Shown: piece by piece, positions 1 to 12,197 of the stretch
Layout of the letters: each line of letters opens with the position of its first letter
Numbering within the stretch: position 1 is the stretch's first letter
Notes under the pieces: generated by a model
Database searches by the model: none
What the model was told of the DNA's origin: nothing
Seen by the model: the letters and a program-made list of their open reading frames with translations, nothing else
Position numbers and translations under genes: made by a program
Source: Epiperipatus broadwayi
Lineage: Eukaryota; Animalia; Onychophora
Length of the DNA stretch: 64,000 bases
NCBI GenBank assembly: GCA_028023455.1
Contig: JAQFVV010000005.1
Coordinates: 11,904,001 to 11,968,000, forward strand
Direction: 5' to 3'

Positions 1-639
1 CCCCCCCCCGCGGCCCTTCATTGGAGGGGGGGGGGAAAAAAAAATACAAAATAATTATAATTTTTTATTACAATTGTCTATAGTTTCTTCCACACTAATC
101 GTAAATATTATTTCACTCTATCTCTCTCACACAAAGAAATTATTATTTTGACCTTATTGGATTTCCAATCAAGAAACCGTATACAGTATCCTCATCATCT
201 AATTTTTTAAAATTTCATTTGCAAAACAACATGTCATTTTAAAAATTGTCTAAAATAGTTTTCTAAAAATGAACACACATTTTTTTCTTTACCGAACAAA
301 ATATCGCTTAGTATTTTCAGTAGCATTAGGTGGCTACCACAGACATAAAAAAAGTCCAAGAGTGCATATTAAATGATTATCAAGTTTGAAAATGATATCC
401 ATCAAAATCCCCATCGCCTGACCAATGACAAGCTTGACTTTTTGACTTTGTGGGGCCGTTGAACATGTCTGTGCTTGAGGTACACTATTTATCATTTATT
501 TATAATGAAAAAAGAGTTGATGGGATTTTTTTTAGCATGAGTGGAAAATAAAAAATATTAAAACTAAAATGATAATTTGTTAGACATGAGATTTAATATA
601 ATAATAAAAAATGATGATAAGAAAATTAAGTTCTTACTT

Positions 640-1570
640 CCCACAAATCACTCCACTCATTGTAATAAACCCAACATATGCCACCACATCTGCTAAAAAG
701 CTGTCTATCTGACATTATAATGGACATTGCCAAAATCACTGTCCTCCCCACTCAGCCAAATACTAGCAAGATTTCCTATTGGGATGCTTACCAGTTTATG
801 AACAATATTTCAACTCCCAGGCTTACTCAACTCAATATCACCAACTCTGGTCTTGTCAGAAAGTTTAGATGATAGAACTTTGAACCCTCTTGGTCAAACT
901 TAACTTGGATGCTCTACCCACCAACTCTTCTGGTGGCACGCAAGGGTTTTACTACATTTGACCCAGTCTGTCCACTTTGTAAAAGGGAGGAAGACACTGT
1001 CTCTCATATACTTGAACAATGTATAACACTACAAGAATGCAGAAATATAATAAAATTAATATACTATCATAAACAACACTTAATCACTTCTCTTAATCAT
1101 GGCATAGCGATTGGGAAATTTGCAATTGTGAGGACTGTCTTCTTTATACCATTTAATCTATGGCTCATGCGATGTGATATACTATTCAATGCATCTAATA
1201 TGACCCAGCCCAAATATTTCTTAAAAAACTCATGAAAACTAGAAACAGATCAGCATATTGTACCACAATTAATCTTCAAATCTACATGGGAACTGATTAG
1301 CTTGGATAGCTGAACTGATGAACACTCATGCAATTCCGAATCTGCCAACACACCATTATTAGTAACCAAGATACTCGCTTTTACTTGGTTGTTTAAGCTT
1401 GTTCAATACTTCATTAATCCTTGTATTCAACACATGATGAACTCGTGCTCTTTTATTATGTAACTTAAAATCCAGTAATACAAATAAAATTATAAGCTTG
1501 ATCACTATGTTGTAAATCTATGCATACCATATAAGTAATAAATTCTTGATTAAAAAAACAAATAAATAAA
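640..1570 (+). mobile_element. 3' fragment of an L1/Tx1-like non-LTR retrotransposon (C-terminal CCHC/zf-RVT region plus 3' UTR and A-rich end)
   Basis: ORF 909-1235 contains CPLCKREEDTVSHILEQC, the CxxC-x7-H-x4-C knuckle typical of L1/Tx1 ORF2 C-termini. It is followed by a non-coding stretch ending in AATAAA and an A-rich run at about 1537-1575. Confidence 0.65.
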
Positions 1571-1649
1571 AATATATACAATAGACTACTCTGATTTAAA
1601 AATCATAGAATAAAACAGAAAATAAATGTGATTGATATCTTAGTAGGAA

Positions 1650-1790
1650 ATTGCGGACAATACGTATCTACATTACATCGCATCGCGTCAAAAAAAGTAA
1701 TTTTTTGTACTTCATCTGGCCGCTACAAATCCTATTTTTTAAAGTATATAAAAGAAAATAAAGGTAACCAATAATTTTAGGTAAGAACCA
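1650..1790 (+). promoter_or_regulatory. Candidate promoter/first exon of ZNF gene 1 (CpG-retaining patch)
   Basis: Local CpG cluster in CpG-poor DNA. The 13-mer TACATCGCATCGC (1674-1686) also occurs at 29881-29893, upstream of the paralog. A donor-like AG/GTAAG lies at about 1779-1785. Inference only. Confidence 0.3.
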
Positions 1791-2199
1791 ATTATGTTAA
1801 TAATGCTTGAGCTAATCCTTGTTTAATTTATACTGTATTTTATAGTTTATTTAATCTGGTTAAACTAACGTTACGTTGAGAAGCAGCTTTACGCAAGTTA
1901 TTGCTGTACAATATTTATTTTTAAAGATTACTTAACTGTTTTAATTTTTTTTTATATATAAAATAACTTTATAATAGTCACCGCCCCCCCCCCCCCAAAT
2001 AAAGTAAATAATGAGTTTAGACATTCTGTTGAGCAGTATACTAATATAAAACTATTCACTATCTGACTAGTATTTTGTCAATGTTTTATTGACTAAGACA
2101 TTGATCGTTCTTATGTATATAAGAATATTTTAATTAAGTAACATTAAAAAAAATCTGGAAACTTCAATTGAAGATTTTAATCTTTATAATTTAATATTT

Positions 2200-2828
2200 A
2201 AATACAAATATATTGTTTATACTGAACTCAATGTAATTAGAAGGGATTTGAACTCAGTTTTTCAAACAACCGTAGATCTATCGACTCCATCTTATATAAC
2301 CGATACACATGACCACATATATGTAAAAAAGATAAATGATCTCCAATTTTCTTATTACATGTTGAACCAGCATTTATCAGTTGATCCAGATATCACCCCC
2401 CCCCCCACGCACATATATAATCAGTGCTCAGTTTATATATATATTAAGATAACAAATCTTTAAACGTTAATGGATAGACTTCAATCTTCTCCACCTTCCA
2501 ATTCTTCAGCCATCAACAAAAACATTGCGACGTCCACCATTAGATTTTCAATGATATGGATGGCTGAAGAGTTGGAGGATGGAGAAGGTTGAAACCTATT
2601 CATTAAAGTTTGAAGATTTGCTATCTTAATATAATGTGAGCACTGATTATATATATGTGTGTGCTGGATGATATCTGGACCAACTGATGAGTGCCGGTTC
2701 AGCATGAAATATGTATATTGGTGATCATGTATCTTTTCACATGAATGTAGTCATGTGTATCGGTTGCATAAGATGGAGTGGATAACTGTAGGAAACGTGA
2801 AAGTCTGAGTTCAAATCTCTTCTAATTA
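2200..2828. mobile_element. Family A hammerhead-bearing fold-back insertion (PLE pLTR/retrozyme-like)
   Basis: Inverted arms 2235-2514 / 2558-2827 (AATTAGAAGGGATTTGAACTCAG ... CTGAGTTCAAATCTCTTCTAATT). 35-nt unpaired left tail. 12-bp TSD AATTTAATATTT at 2188-2199 and 2829-2840. Confidence 0.9.
2679..2722 (+). ncRNA. Minimal type I hammerhead ribozyme (family A)
   Basis: ACCAA-CTGATGA-GTGC(cggttca)GCAT-GAAA-TATGT-ATA^TTGGT: 5-bp stem I, intact core, 4-bp stem II with a G.U closing pair, near-palindromic stem III, AUA cleavage triplet. Confidence 0.78.
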
Positions 2829-3462
2829 AATTTAATATTTGATAAAAGTTAAAACAATCATAAATAGCCTGTCACTGGACTTTAAAGATGCCTATTTAAA
2901 AAGCAATGACAGTAAAGCTAAATATCTTACCAGGCTTGTTAACGGTTGATAGGGAGGGTTTTAACAAGAGAAAAAAAAAAATAGAACAAAGAAATTTTAA
3001 AAATATGCTGTAAAAACAGACAAGATAGTAAAAACGGGTAATTTTACTTTTTAGTAAAGCATCATAATTTCTTTTTAAATAAATATTTTGCCTTATTAAA
3101 ATTCAATGTGCATACAATAATACATACGACTATAAATGGTATTGCTAAAAAAAAGTTCCAAAGGAGAACTAGGATATATCCTTGGAAATTTATCAAAATA
3201 AAATAATAAATGGCTAATCAAAAATAGGAGTAGTGAATCTAATTTTACAGCATAGATTTTCAGTTTATTTATATTTAGTTAAGTATAGACATCAGTCGTC
3301 AAAATAGCTGTTGAGCCAGTGTAAATAACATCTGGATTAAAAAGCTAGGCTATTGTTTGATTCTCTTCCTAAACTTAAGACGAACTTCCTTTTCTGGAAA
3401 ATATAAGCCCTTACAATTGTTTTGCAAAATGTATGTTAAATCTGCTAAGTAATCATAATACT

Positions 3463-4233
3463 ATCACATGATCACCATTTCATATGCTTACATGCTGTTA
3501 ATAAGAGTACTAAACTCTCCATACAGTAGTGCCATCAAGTGCAAGCCTTCATAATCAATGTATGCGGAAAGGTTTGTGCATAAAATCCTATTTAGTGCCT
3601 ATTCATCCAACCGCCCCAGACTAGTTTTTCACTTGTAGCTTTCATCAATGAGGAGCCTTGGATTTGAGAGCACTACACCTTGATGTTAGGATCTAATGCA
3701 ATCCTCCAGCAGCCACCTTTTACCTATTTGGTAGTAGATAGGGATTTTATGTACAAACCTTCCTGCATTCATTGATTACAAAGGTTTGTACTTGGTGGCA
3801 CTACTGTATAGAGAGTTTAGTACTCTTATTAACAGAATCTGTAAACATATGAAATGAGAAACGTGATATTTTGATGGTTTTATTCATATTCTGCTCATAG
3901 GATACCAAAATGTATAGATGCTGAACCGAGTTCATATCTATATGGCTATTACAAGCAAATGAACTTGGGTTGGAAACCTTATGGTGTTTTCATCTTGAGC
4001 TCCTAGCTTTATAGTTAGCCAAATAGGTAAAAAGTGGCTGCTGGAGAGTTGCATTAGATCTTAAGATAAATCCAAGGTTCCTCACTGATGAAAGCTACAA
4101 ACTAGAAACTAGTCTGGGGATATTGGATGGGTATACACTAGATAAGGATTTTATGCACAAACCTTCCTGAATCCATTGACTATGAAGAAATGCACGTGGT
4201 GGCACTACTATATGGAGAGTTTAGTACTCTTAT
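3463..4233. mobile_element. Family B composite insertion: antisense arm + short sense arm + full sense unit
   Basis: Arm 3463-~3730 is inverted relative to ~3735-3870 and to ~3880-4233. Degenerate hammerheads at ~3615-3660 (-) and ~4080-4118 (+). Imperfect 13-bp TSD TAATCATAATACT (3450-3462) / TAATCATATAACT (4234-4246). Confidence 0.85.
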
Positions 4234-4300
4234 TAATCATATAACTTTTTTAATATGACCATTGTATGAAATTTAATTTATTATTAAACTATTATTATCA

Positions 4301-4551
4301 TTATTAATATTTGACTACGAGTATAATTTTTTATTATTGTATATACTAAAGGAGTTTAGATGTAATTATAGGGGATTTGAACACAGACTTTCAAACTTCC
4401 TTCAGCTATTTATTCTATCCCATACAACAAATATACATGACCACACACGTGAAAAAGATGATTTCCAATATGTGTATTTTATGCTGAACCATGAAATATG
4501 TATATTGGAGATCACTTATCTTTTTCACGGGTGTCATCATGTGCATCTATA
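4301..4551. mobile_element. Family A short asymmetric fold-back
   Basis: Left arm matches the family A 3' end and tail; the fold point is at ~4490, inside the hammerhead stem II. 10-bp direct repeat ATTATTATCA at 4291-4300 and 4552-4561 (low complexity). Confidence 0.72.
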
Positions 4552-5939
4552 ATTATTATCAATATTGTAACTCATATACCCCCCCCCAAAAAAAAAAAAA
4601 AAAAACTGCAATAACTGAGTACTCTAATATTTTTCCTATATTGTTTGATCTTAGTACAAAACTTTTTAGATCTCTTTTTTATTAAAAAAAATGCATTCAA
4701 GTCTTTGCTACAAGAATATTTATTTAAATACATGTGTATATTAAATGATGGATTATTAATGCATTTATGTTTTGTTTATTATTTTAAATATATTTTTGTT
4801 TTTAAAATAACATTTATTAAAGAATGCATACAAAGCTGATGATTCTAGAGAAATAAATTTATATTTATTTATATAAAATTCAAAAGAGAACTTCTTTTCT
4901 GCGTAAATATTCATTTTTGATCTCTCACTTTGTCATTATACGAGGTTTTGGTCTCTCAAACTAAATAAAGAAAATTCTTGAATTATAATGAATTTGATTG
5001 TTCTGAACATTTAAAAATCATAAAATGGATGCACATTTTTTCATTTAAACCCAAGTACATTTAAGTAAAATTAAATAATACATCCTTTAATGGTATAAGG
5101 AACTATACAAGTTTATAATGTAGTTTTCAAATTAAATGGTATAGTAAATTCTGTTAAGATGAGCTGCCATGTCTATTGCCTGGTTATTTTCCCTGCTTTC
5201 AATAGAGAACATAATGATTTGTGTAAATACATTTATCTTACAGAAGTTAGACATTTTTGTTTTATGTGTTTATCAATTTATATTTTTTAACATTTGCACT
5301 ATATATGTGTGTATATATGAAAGGATAAAACACACTATCTTCTTATTTGCCAATTTTTGAAAATTCAGTGATATTAAAATTTAATTACCCTAATATTTTA
5401 AATTCAAACAAATAGGTATTATATAAGGTTAACACTAAGTATAGTTTCTAACAAACAGTTCAGTATTTTGAATATTACTTCCTGCTCTCGGACAACTGAC
5501 CATACAGTAAAAAAATAAATACTGGTTGTTATTACTATTATTAAATTTTTTCATGTTGGATGCAATTATTTTATAACTGCAATTAATAGCTGTGATTTAA
5601 TAACATCCAGAAAATCATTATTTTAACCATTAAAATGCACAAGCCAAGTATATCTAATAGAAAACTTACACCCTTTTTTTTAAAAGACAATTCTTCTGGT
5701 TATAGGGTGCTGTAATGCTTAGTTATATATTTTAGTGTAGGTTGAGTTTCAAAAATTTTTGAACAAGTTATAAAAATTATTATTTCGAATGTAATAATTA
5801 TTCATGAATAAAAATGGTAGAAAAATATTTCAGATAGAAATGACTAAACTGATAATGGACTAAAAAGTTAAAAAAAGGAAATTTTTTTTTTAAAAAATCT
5901 TATAAAACTTCTTAAGTAAAACTGTACATAGCCATCAAG

Positions 5940-6025
5940 TGTTGTTAACTGAGAGGTCAGCACAGCCGTCTTGCAAGCAGTTGGTTGCAGACGGTTGTTG
6001 TGGGTTCGCCTCCCGGCCGATGCTA
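5940..6025 (+). other. tRNA-like/SINE-head-like GC-rich segment
   Basis: A-box-like TAACTGAGAGGTCAGC (~5946-5961), internal hairpin CCGTCTTGCAA...TTGCAGACGG, B-box-like GGTTCGCCTCC (6003-6013). Single copy in the window; no complete cloverleaf. Confidence 0.33.
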
Positions 6026-9000
6026 TGACATGGAAAAAGAAAAAGTGAAAATGTGCATAATTGCTAAAATAAACTGATGTGTGCATAAATAAAAAGAAAT
6101 TAGTTATATGAAGACTTTAATTATTATTGGATGCTGCAAAAATAAATCATTAAATATTTCAAATCAAAACTAGATAATTTAAAAAATAGAACAAATTTCG
6201 GTAGAATTAAACAATGAACTTGAAAGAAATCCAATTGATGAAAGTTAGTCATTTATTACTCAAAATCAAAGTGCATGCCAAGAATCAGATGAAAAATATA
6301 GATAAAAATACATCTCAGAAAATGAGATCATCTAAAAATGAATTAGGAAATTATTAGAATTTTGAAAAATAAGAAAAATAATTAATTCAAAAATTTAAAT
6401 AAAAAGATTAAGACTTCAAAAATTGAAAATAAAATCATACAAATCCAAATTGCAAGTCATTTATAAATTCCATCATATTTTTTTGTTTTTTTTTTAAAAA
6501 AAAGATTTTATTGAATATTTGTCAAAGCATAATTTCAGAACTTTATCAGAAATATAAAAACAAAAATATACAAATCAAAAATTATCAAAACAAATTATAT
6601 AAAACACTTAACAAACATATAAACCATAATGTTTTACAAAGATAATTTTCTTTTTTAAAAAATATAGAATGAAATTAACATTATAAAAATTATTTTTCAT
6701 TTTACATTTAAAATAAAGAGGATAAAAAAGGTAATATCAACTTTTTAAATATTGCAGATATATTTGTTAATGTATTTTATAACCTTATTTTTTGATTTAT
6801 GTACTTTTGATTTCAATTTATGATTCAGATAAATTTTTGAATTATGTCTTTACAAAGATTATAGAAAATAAAACTTTGGTACATATTTTTTTTGTATATG
6901 AAGTTCAGTTTAGTAAAAACAAGTTTTTTAAAAAAGAGATTTGATAATATTTGTATATCTGAAATCAAACTAAATTTAAACAAAAAACAAGAAGAAAGAA
7001 TTTTTAAAATATACCAATCTATAAACAGTCTGATATGTGTACAGGTGAAATATATTATAATGGTCAGCTTGACAATCCACTGGTTAGGCAAAATCATTCA
7101 TCATAGGCATTATTAAATTTATAACCTAGACTATAAAATACTTATTTATACAAGTATTTTACACTTTTTAAAATCAGAATAATGTTCCGACCGCAACCTT
7201 TTTACAGTTCCTTCAATCATTACTAGCGATCTTATTATGCCTTAGATCTGGGAGAATTATGAAACTCCTGTTAATTCTTCACAATCAAATAAATTGTCAT
7301 TATTTTTGATTATTTATAATAACAAGATTACATGACCTGTATAAAAATGAATTGGTAAGACAAACTTTTGGTTGCAAATAAATAAGCATTTTATTACAAA
7401 TGAATAATAATTCAAATTCAGGATCCAACATGAAATTCATTAATTAAGGTTCAATTTTATCACTAGTTTTCTATAACGTAACATTTTTAAAACTTATATG
7501 TTAAAATCAGAGTTGCATGACAAGAGGCAACAAAATTATTAACATAAATATCATTTCTGATCTGTATGCCTAAAATATCACTTTACAAACTGAATATTCT
7601 AATATTTACAGTAGGAAGATTGAAACATGAATTCATATAGCTCTACAATAATTACTCATATGTATATGACCATCATCTCTATTCTTCTCTTGTATCAAGG
7701 ACTACTTAAATAACTAAGAATAAAATTCATTATAACATCTAGAAATCATCATCAAAGTATATAATTAATTGAGGCAGAAATCATTAAATAATTAGTTATA
7801 CTTCATCATCAAATCTCTATACAGATTTTTTGCATTATCAATGTATAAATAATGTAAATTGTGTGAGATAAAGAATCTGATTTAAAACTTTTAAGCCTAT
7901 TCTCTGTTAAATAATATTATATATGTACATCCTCACATCACTTCAATGTCTTACTATTAAGTCCACATATTTTTTTTATAGTTTTGGTGCCTAACACATT
8001 TTCATAATGTATTTTAAGGATAAAGATATTATTATTGACAATCGATTTCAATTCTATTTAATGTACTTGCTACCCATTGTTTTAAGTTCTTTCACAAAAG
8101 CATCTAAATGCTTATTGACAATAATTTTATCCTTAAAATTTATAGCATTAATTGTGTGTATTTTCTTAAAAGTCCTAGTCATACATTAAAATATATAAAC
8201 TTCATTATTTTAGTTTGAACCCAAAATGATGAGCTACCTTTACAAGCCATACTAATTAGATTATTATTAATTCTTGATTTCCTTATAATATAATTACATA
8301 CTATGTTTAAAATTTCACTCTTTTGTTTTAAAATTTATTTATCACTAAATTTCGTTTATGTATTCCATTAAATTACCTAAACAATCATTAACAAAGATAA
8401 ATAAATAGAATTATTTATTGATTGAACCTAAAATTTAGAAGTACAAAAAGTATATATAATGTTAATCAAATCTCTATATGTGAAATAAAAGTTCATTTGA
8501 AATTTATGCAAAGTTCACAGAAGTTTTTCAAAATGATTTTAACATGATTACTACTGTTGAGACAATTCTGGCATTTGAGCTTTGTGATTCAGCATTTAAC
8601 AATTTCCACAACAGTATGTAGCTTTCTTTAAACATTTTTCTTTATATATATCTATATTTCAGAGCTTTATTTTCAGATGAAGAAAATGGTTGCTTGTCTT
8701 ACAAAGGATCCTTGATTTTTTACATAGATTTTTATTGATATAGATAATACAGTTTTATTTAAGACAAAATTGAGATTTCCATAAACTTTTGAAGATGTTC
8801 TTTTCTTTTCATCATGGTTGATATTCAAACAGGCAGTCATTTGTTCATGGTTTAGATACTCTTTGAGACCATTCTATCTGAAGATGTCTTATTGTTTCAA
8901 ATGAATCTAACACAGACTAGCCATATATTTGAGAAGTTTACCAGTTGTCTTGAAAGAGGTTTATTTCTGAAGTACATGCTGCATAATAATAAAAATCAGT

Positions 9001-9529
9001 TGTATGCATAATCTGTTTTTCTAAGTTACATTTTCAAATTGTTTTAGAAAAGAATTTGGAAATATTGACAAAAAATATAGGTATGTTAAATTTTATTTTA
9101 ACACTTAATTGTCAATACCATCTAATTGGACTAAATTCCTGATTAAGACTAGGAAAGTACAATGTATTTTTTTCCTAATTATCAGTGACTAATTGACTCA
9201 TATTATTATCCATATGCCTGAAAAATTTTCAGATATGTGTAAGTATATTAATACATATTTTTCCACTTAAAAACTTATTTATATAACTTATGCACATTTA
9301 TATTTAACCCAAATAATATCTGGAGAATATACAAATGCAAAACACTAAGAAATATAATATGTGGATAATAAAGTTTACAGTTGTTGTGTGTCTATTATTG
9401 TATGAACATCTTTTGTGCTATACTGTGACGATTATTTTAATTTTTTAAAAATGTTTTCATGTTTATCATTACATTTAATAGTAAGTGTGCATCTGAAGAA
9501 AAATATTTTATTTACGTCATAGTTATATA

Positions 9530-9974
9530 ACCAAAGGCAAAACTCTCCATACAGTAGTGCCACCCTGTGCTAACCAGAATAATCAATGGATACCAAAAGG
9601 CTTGTGCATAAAATCCCTATCTAGTGCCTACTCATTCAATATCCCCAGACTAGTTTCTGGCTTGTGGCCATCATCAGTGAGGAGCCTTGGATCTGAGAGC
9701 ACTGCACCTAAATCTTACGATCTAATGCAACCTTCCAGCAGCCACCTTTTAACTCTACTACAAAACTATGAGAATGAAATTGTCACAAAAATATTTTCAA
9801 TCTAAGCTCAATAGCTTATATAGTCATATGGGTCTGAACTCAATTCAGCACCCATACATTTTGGTGTCTTTGGCTCTTAAACAATCATAGCCACCACTAT
9901 CCTATTAGGCAGGATTGGTGTTAAACCACTAAACAACAATTATGTGCTAGTATGAGATGGTGATCATGTGATGT
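9530..9974. mobile_element. Family B insertion (about 400 nt antisense unit + sense 3' tail)
   Basis: Matches 3500-3730, 3880-4020 and 58565-58720. Ends in the family tail GGTGATCATGTGATG. Perfect 13-bp TSD TCATAGTTATATA at 9517-9529 and 9975-9987. Confidence 0.9.
9642..9683 (-). ncRNA. Minimal type I hammerhead ribozyme (family B), intact core
   Basis: Reverse complement reads TCCTCA-CTGATGA-TGGC(cacaa)GCCA-GAAA-CTA-GTC^TGGGGA: 6-bp stem I, perfect 4-bp stem II, palindromic ACTAGT stem III, GUC cleavage triplet. Confidence 0.85.
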
Positions 9975-12197
9975 TCATAGTTATATATTTGAGAACTATT
10001 TGTAAATTATTTTTTGACAAAAGAATATTAGAAATCAATAAGTATTTTATCTCCCTCTTTAACTGACAGTTGTGACATCTTCAGTTCTAGAAGCTCTCAT
10101 TGAATGTAAGCAATAAGAAAAACCCACTATAACTATATCATTAATATATATAATTGCAGAATTAATGTGAGACTAATATGACTATATAAACAAGTTCTAC
10201 CTTGGCTTCAAAATTGTAGAGTATTTGAATTTTAAAAGTATTGATTTTGAATAGCAAAATAAAAAAAAAGATCAGCAAGTAAGATGATACAGTTCTATTG
10301 CTCCTATCCATTATTTTTTTTTTTGCAAATGTTAAAGTAAATACACAACCAAAATTATAAAAGAAAAAAAATCAAGAGTTTCAAAAACTACTCTTATTCA
10401 TTCTTAATTTGTGGTATGTGTCCAAATGACTTTCTTCTTAAAGAATTTTAAAATTGCCTGTATATAGTAAATTAGTTTCTTAACATAGTTTGAAAAGAAA
10501 TTTTCAAACTAGTTTTTTATTAAAAAAATATATCTTATAATTTATAAAAAATTTTTTAACAATACTCATAGTTTACTCTTTTTCTTTTTCTTTTTTGTTT
10601 AGGGTTTCAGTGTGAAAAGCTAAAAATGCCTTTGATTATTGTGACTTTCATGACAGAAATTTTACCACAAATAAGTCGTGTTATGAAAACAAATCATTAC
10701 TTCACCTGTATAAGGAATTGTAAGAAACATAACTAATCACAGAAAAAATTTGTCACTTCAACCACTTCCTTGAATATTTGAAGCAATTGTTTTATTTATA
10801 AAATATCCACTGAGTGAAAAAAATCCAGTTAAATGTACTGTTTAAATAAACAGTGAAATTATTGTTATCTCACAACAGTATTATTTGTATTCATTAGGAA
10901 AGTATGATTATTTTTAAGCAGAAGTTCATTATGGTATTATGATCTTTCACATTAACATCATGAAACATTGTTTTGGTTAAATATGATGTGAAGAAACAAT
11001 GCTATTAGCTACTTAAAATATTATTCCAATTCAAAAAAGATTGTCTAAACATGAAAATTGTAGATTTATCATAGAGCTTTTAATGTATGAAGATATGGAA
11101 AAGCAATTTAATAGAAAATTCAACTTACTAATAAATATATTGAATTTTTATGACAAAAGAAATAGGATATTTGGCATTGTGAATTCTAAATGAGACTTTC
11201 TGAAAGTTTATCTATTACAGCCAATATTTAAAATTAATGCTGAGAATTCATCAATCACAAAATAGCGAATTTGAAAAGATCATTATTAGTGGTCTGAGTT
11301 TATATATACAAAAAATACTTTTAGCCATAAGATTACAACACTTGTATTATTTCATTTTGTTTTTAAAAAGTTTGTCATTTTATTTTAACAGAAAGTTAAT
11401 TTATTTAAGCTACAAGAATTTTAAACTTTAGTCATTGTTCAATTTTTTTTTCCATAAAAAATCATCATTAATCAATCTCAGATGAATCTAATAGAGAAAG
11501 ACATTTGTGAATATAAGGATATCACTTATAACATGATCATTTTAAATATAAAGAGAAGTAGTTTATACAAAAAAATAAAGAAACATTTATTTTATGTTTT
11601 TGACAAATCTCTCATTAAAAAAAAAAAAGAAACATAATTAAGAGAATAAAAAAACACACTTAAGAATTTCAAATGACTACTGCTTGTATCAAAGTGTAAA
11701 AATAATTTATATAAATATGTGCAGTATTGCATGTTTAAGCAAATCATCTGACACTTTATCCCTTTGATTACACTTTTGCACGCAAATCATCAAACAATAT
11801 TTTAATATTTTTTTCTCTTCACATAACTCCCCAACATTTAATATTTTTAAATGATTTCTTGGATGAATTCATTTAACATTTACAATTGCATATTCATAGT
11901 TGACGTTATTCTTGCAGTCTTCTTTATTTATTCTTTTCCAAATATCCAACTCTAAAATATTCCATTGCTTTTGCACAAGTTTCAGCAATAACAGTTAACA
12001 AGTTTCTCTGTTAAATCTTAAGTATAATGGTTTTTTAAATGACATATACTTTAACCAGTGAAAAATTAATCATTTATTTTGAGGTTTGTGAATGAAGACT
12101 GTGGTGAAATGCTTTACCAATTCATAAATAAATCAATTAAAAAAAGCAAAATTTTGGAATATATGTCAATTTACTTTACTTTGTAAAAATATTTAAA

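Noticed and set aside
338-475. Short inverted repeats CACAGACAT / ATGTCTGTG with AAAAAAGTC / GACTTTTTT
   Set aside because: Arms too short, no TSD and no second copy in the window.
1315-1321. CTGATGA at 1315-1321, 4836-4842 and 41423-41429
   Set aside because: No pairable stem II followed by GAAA together with stems I and III; chance matches to the hammerhead core.
2248-2705. Short ORFs 2248-2463, 2481-2705 and similar ORFs at 4337, 9557, 16648, 35359, 58540
   Set aside because: Chance frames inside non-coding repeat families; reading frames are not conserved between copies.
2200-2828. Interpretation of families A-F as MITEs/MULE fold-backs or Helentron/DINE-like elements
   Set aside because: The ends are asymmetric, TSD length varies (10-15 bp), single-arm 5'-truncated copies have TSDs, and hammerheads are present. 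Helitron-type elements make no TSD and DNA-transposon MITEs have symmetric ends.
8480-8990. Possible decayed zinc-finger sequence on the - strand (KCQNC, FCELC)
   Set aside because: No His pairs or linkers at the correct spacing.
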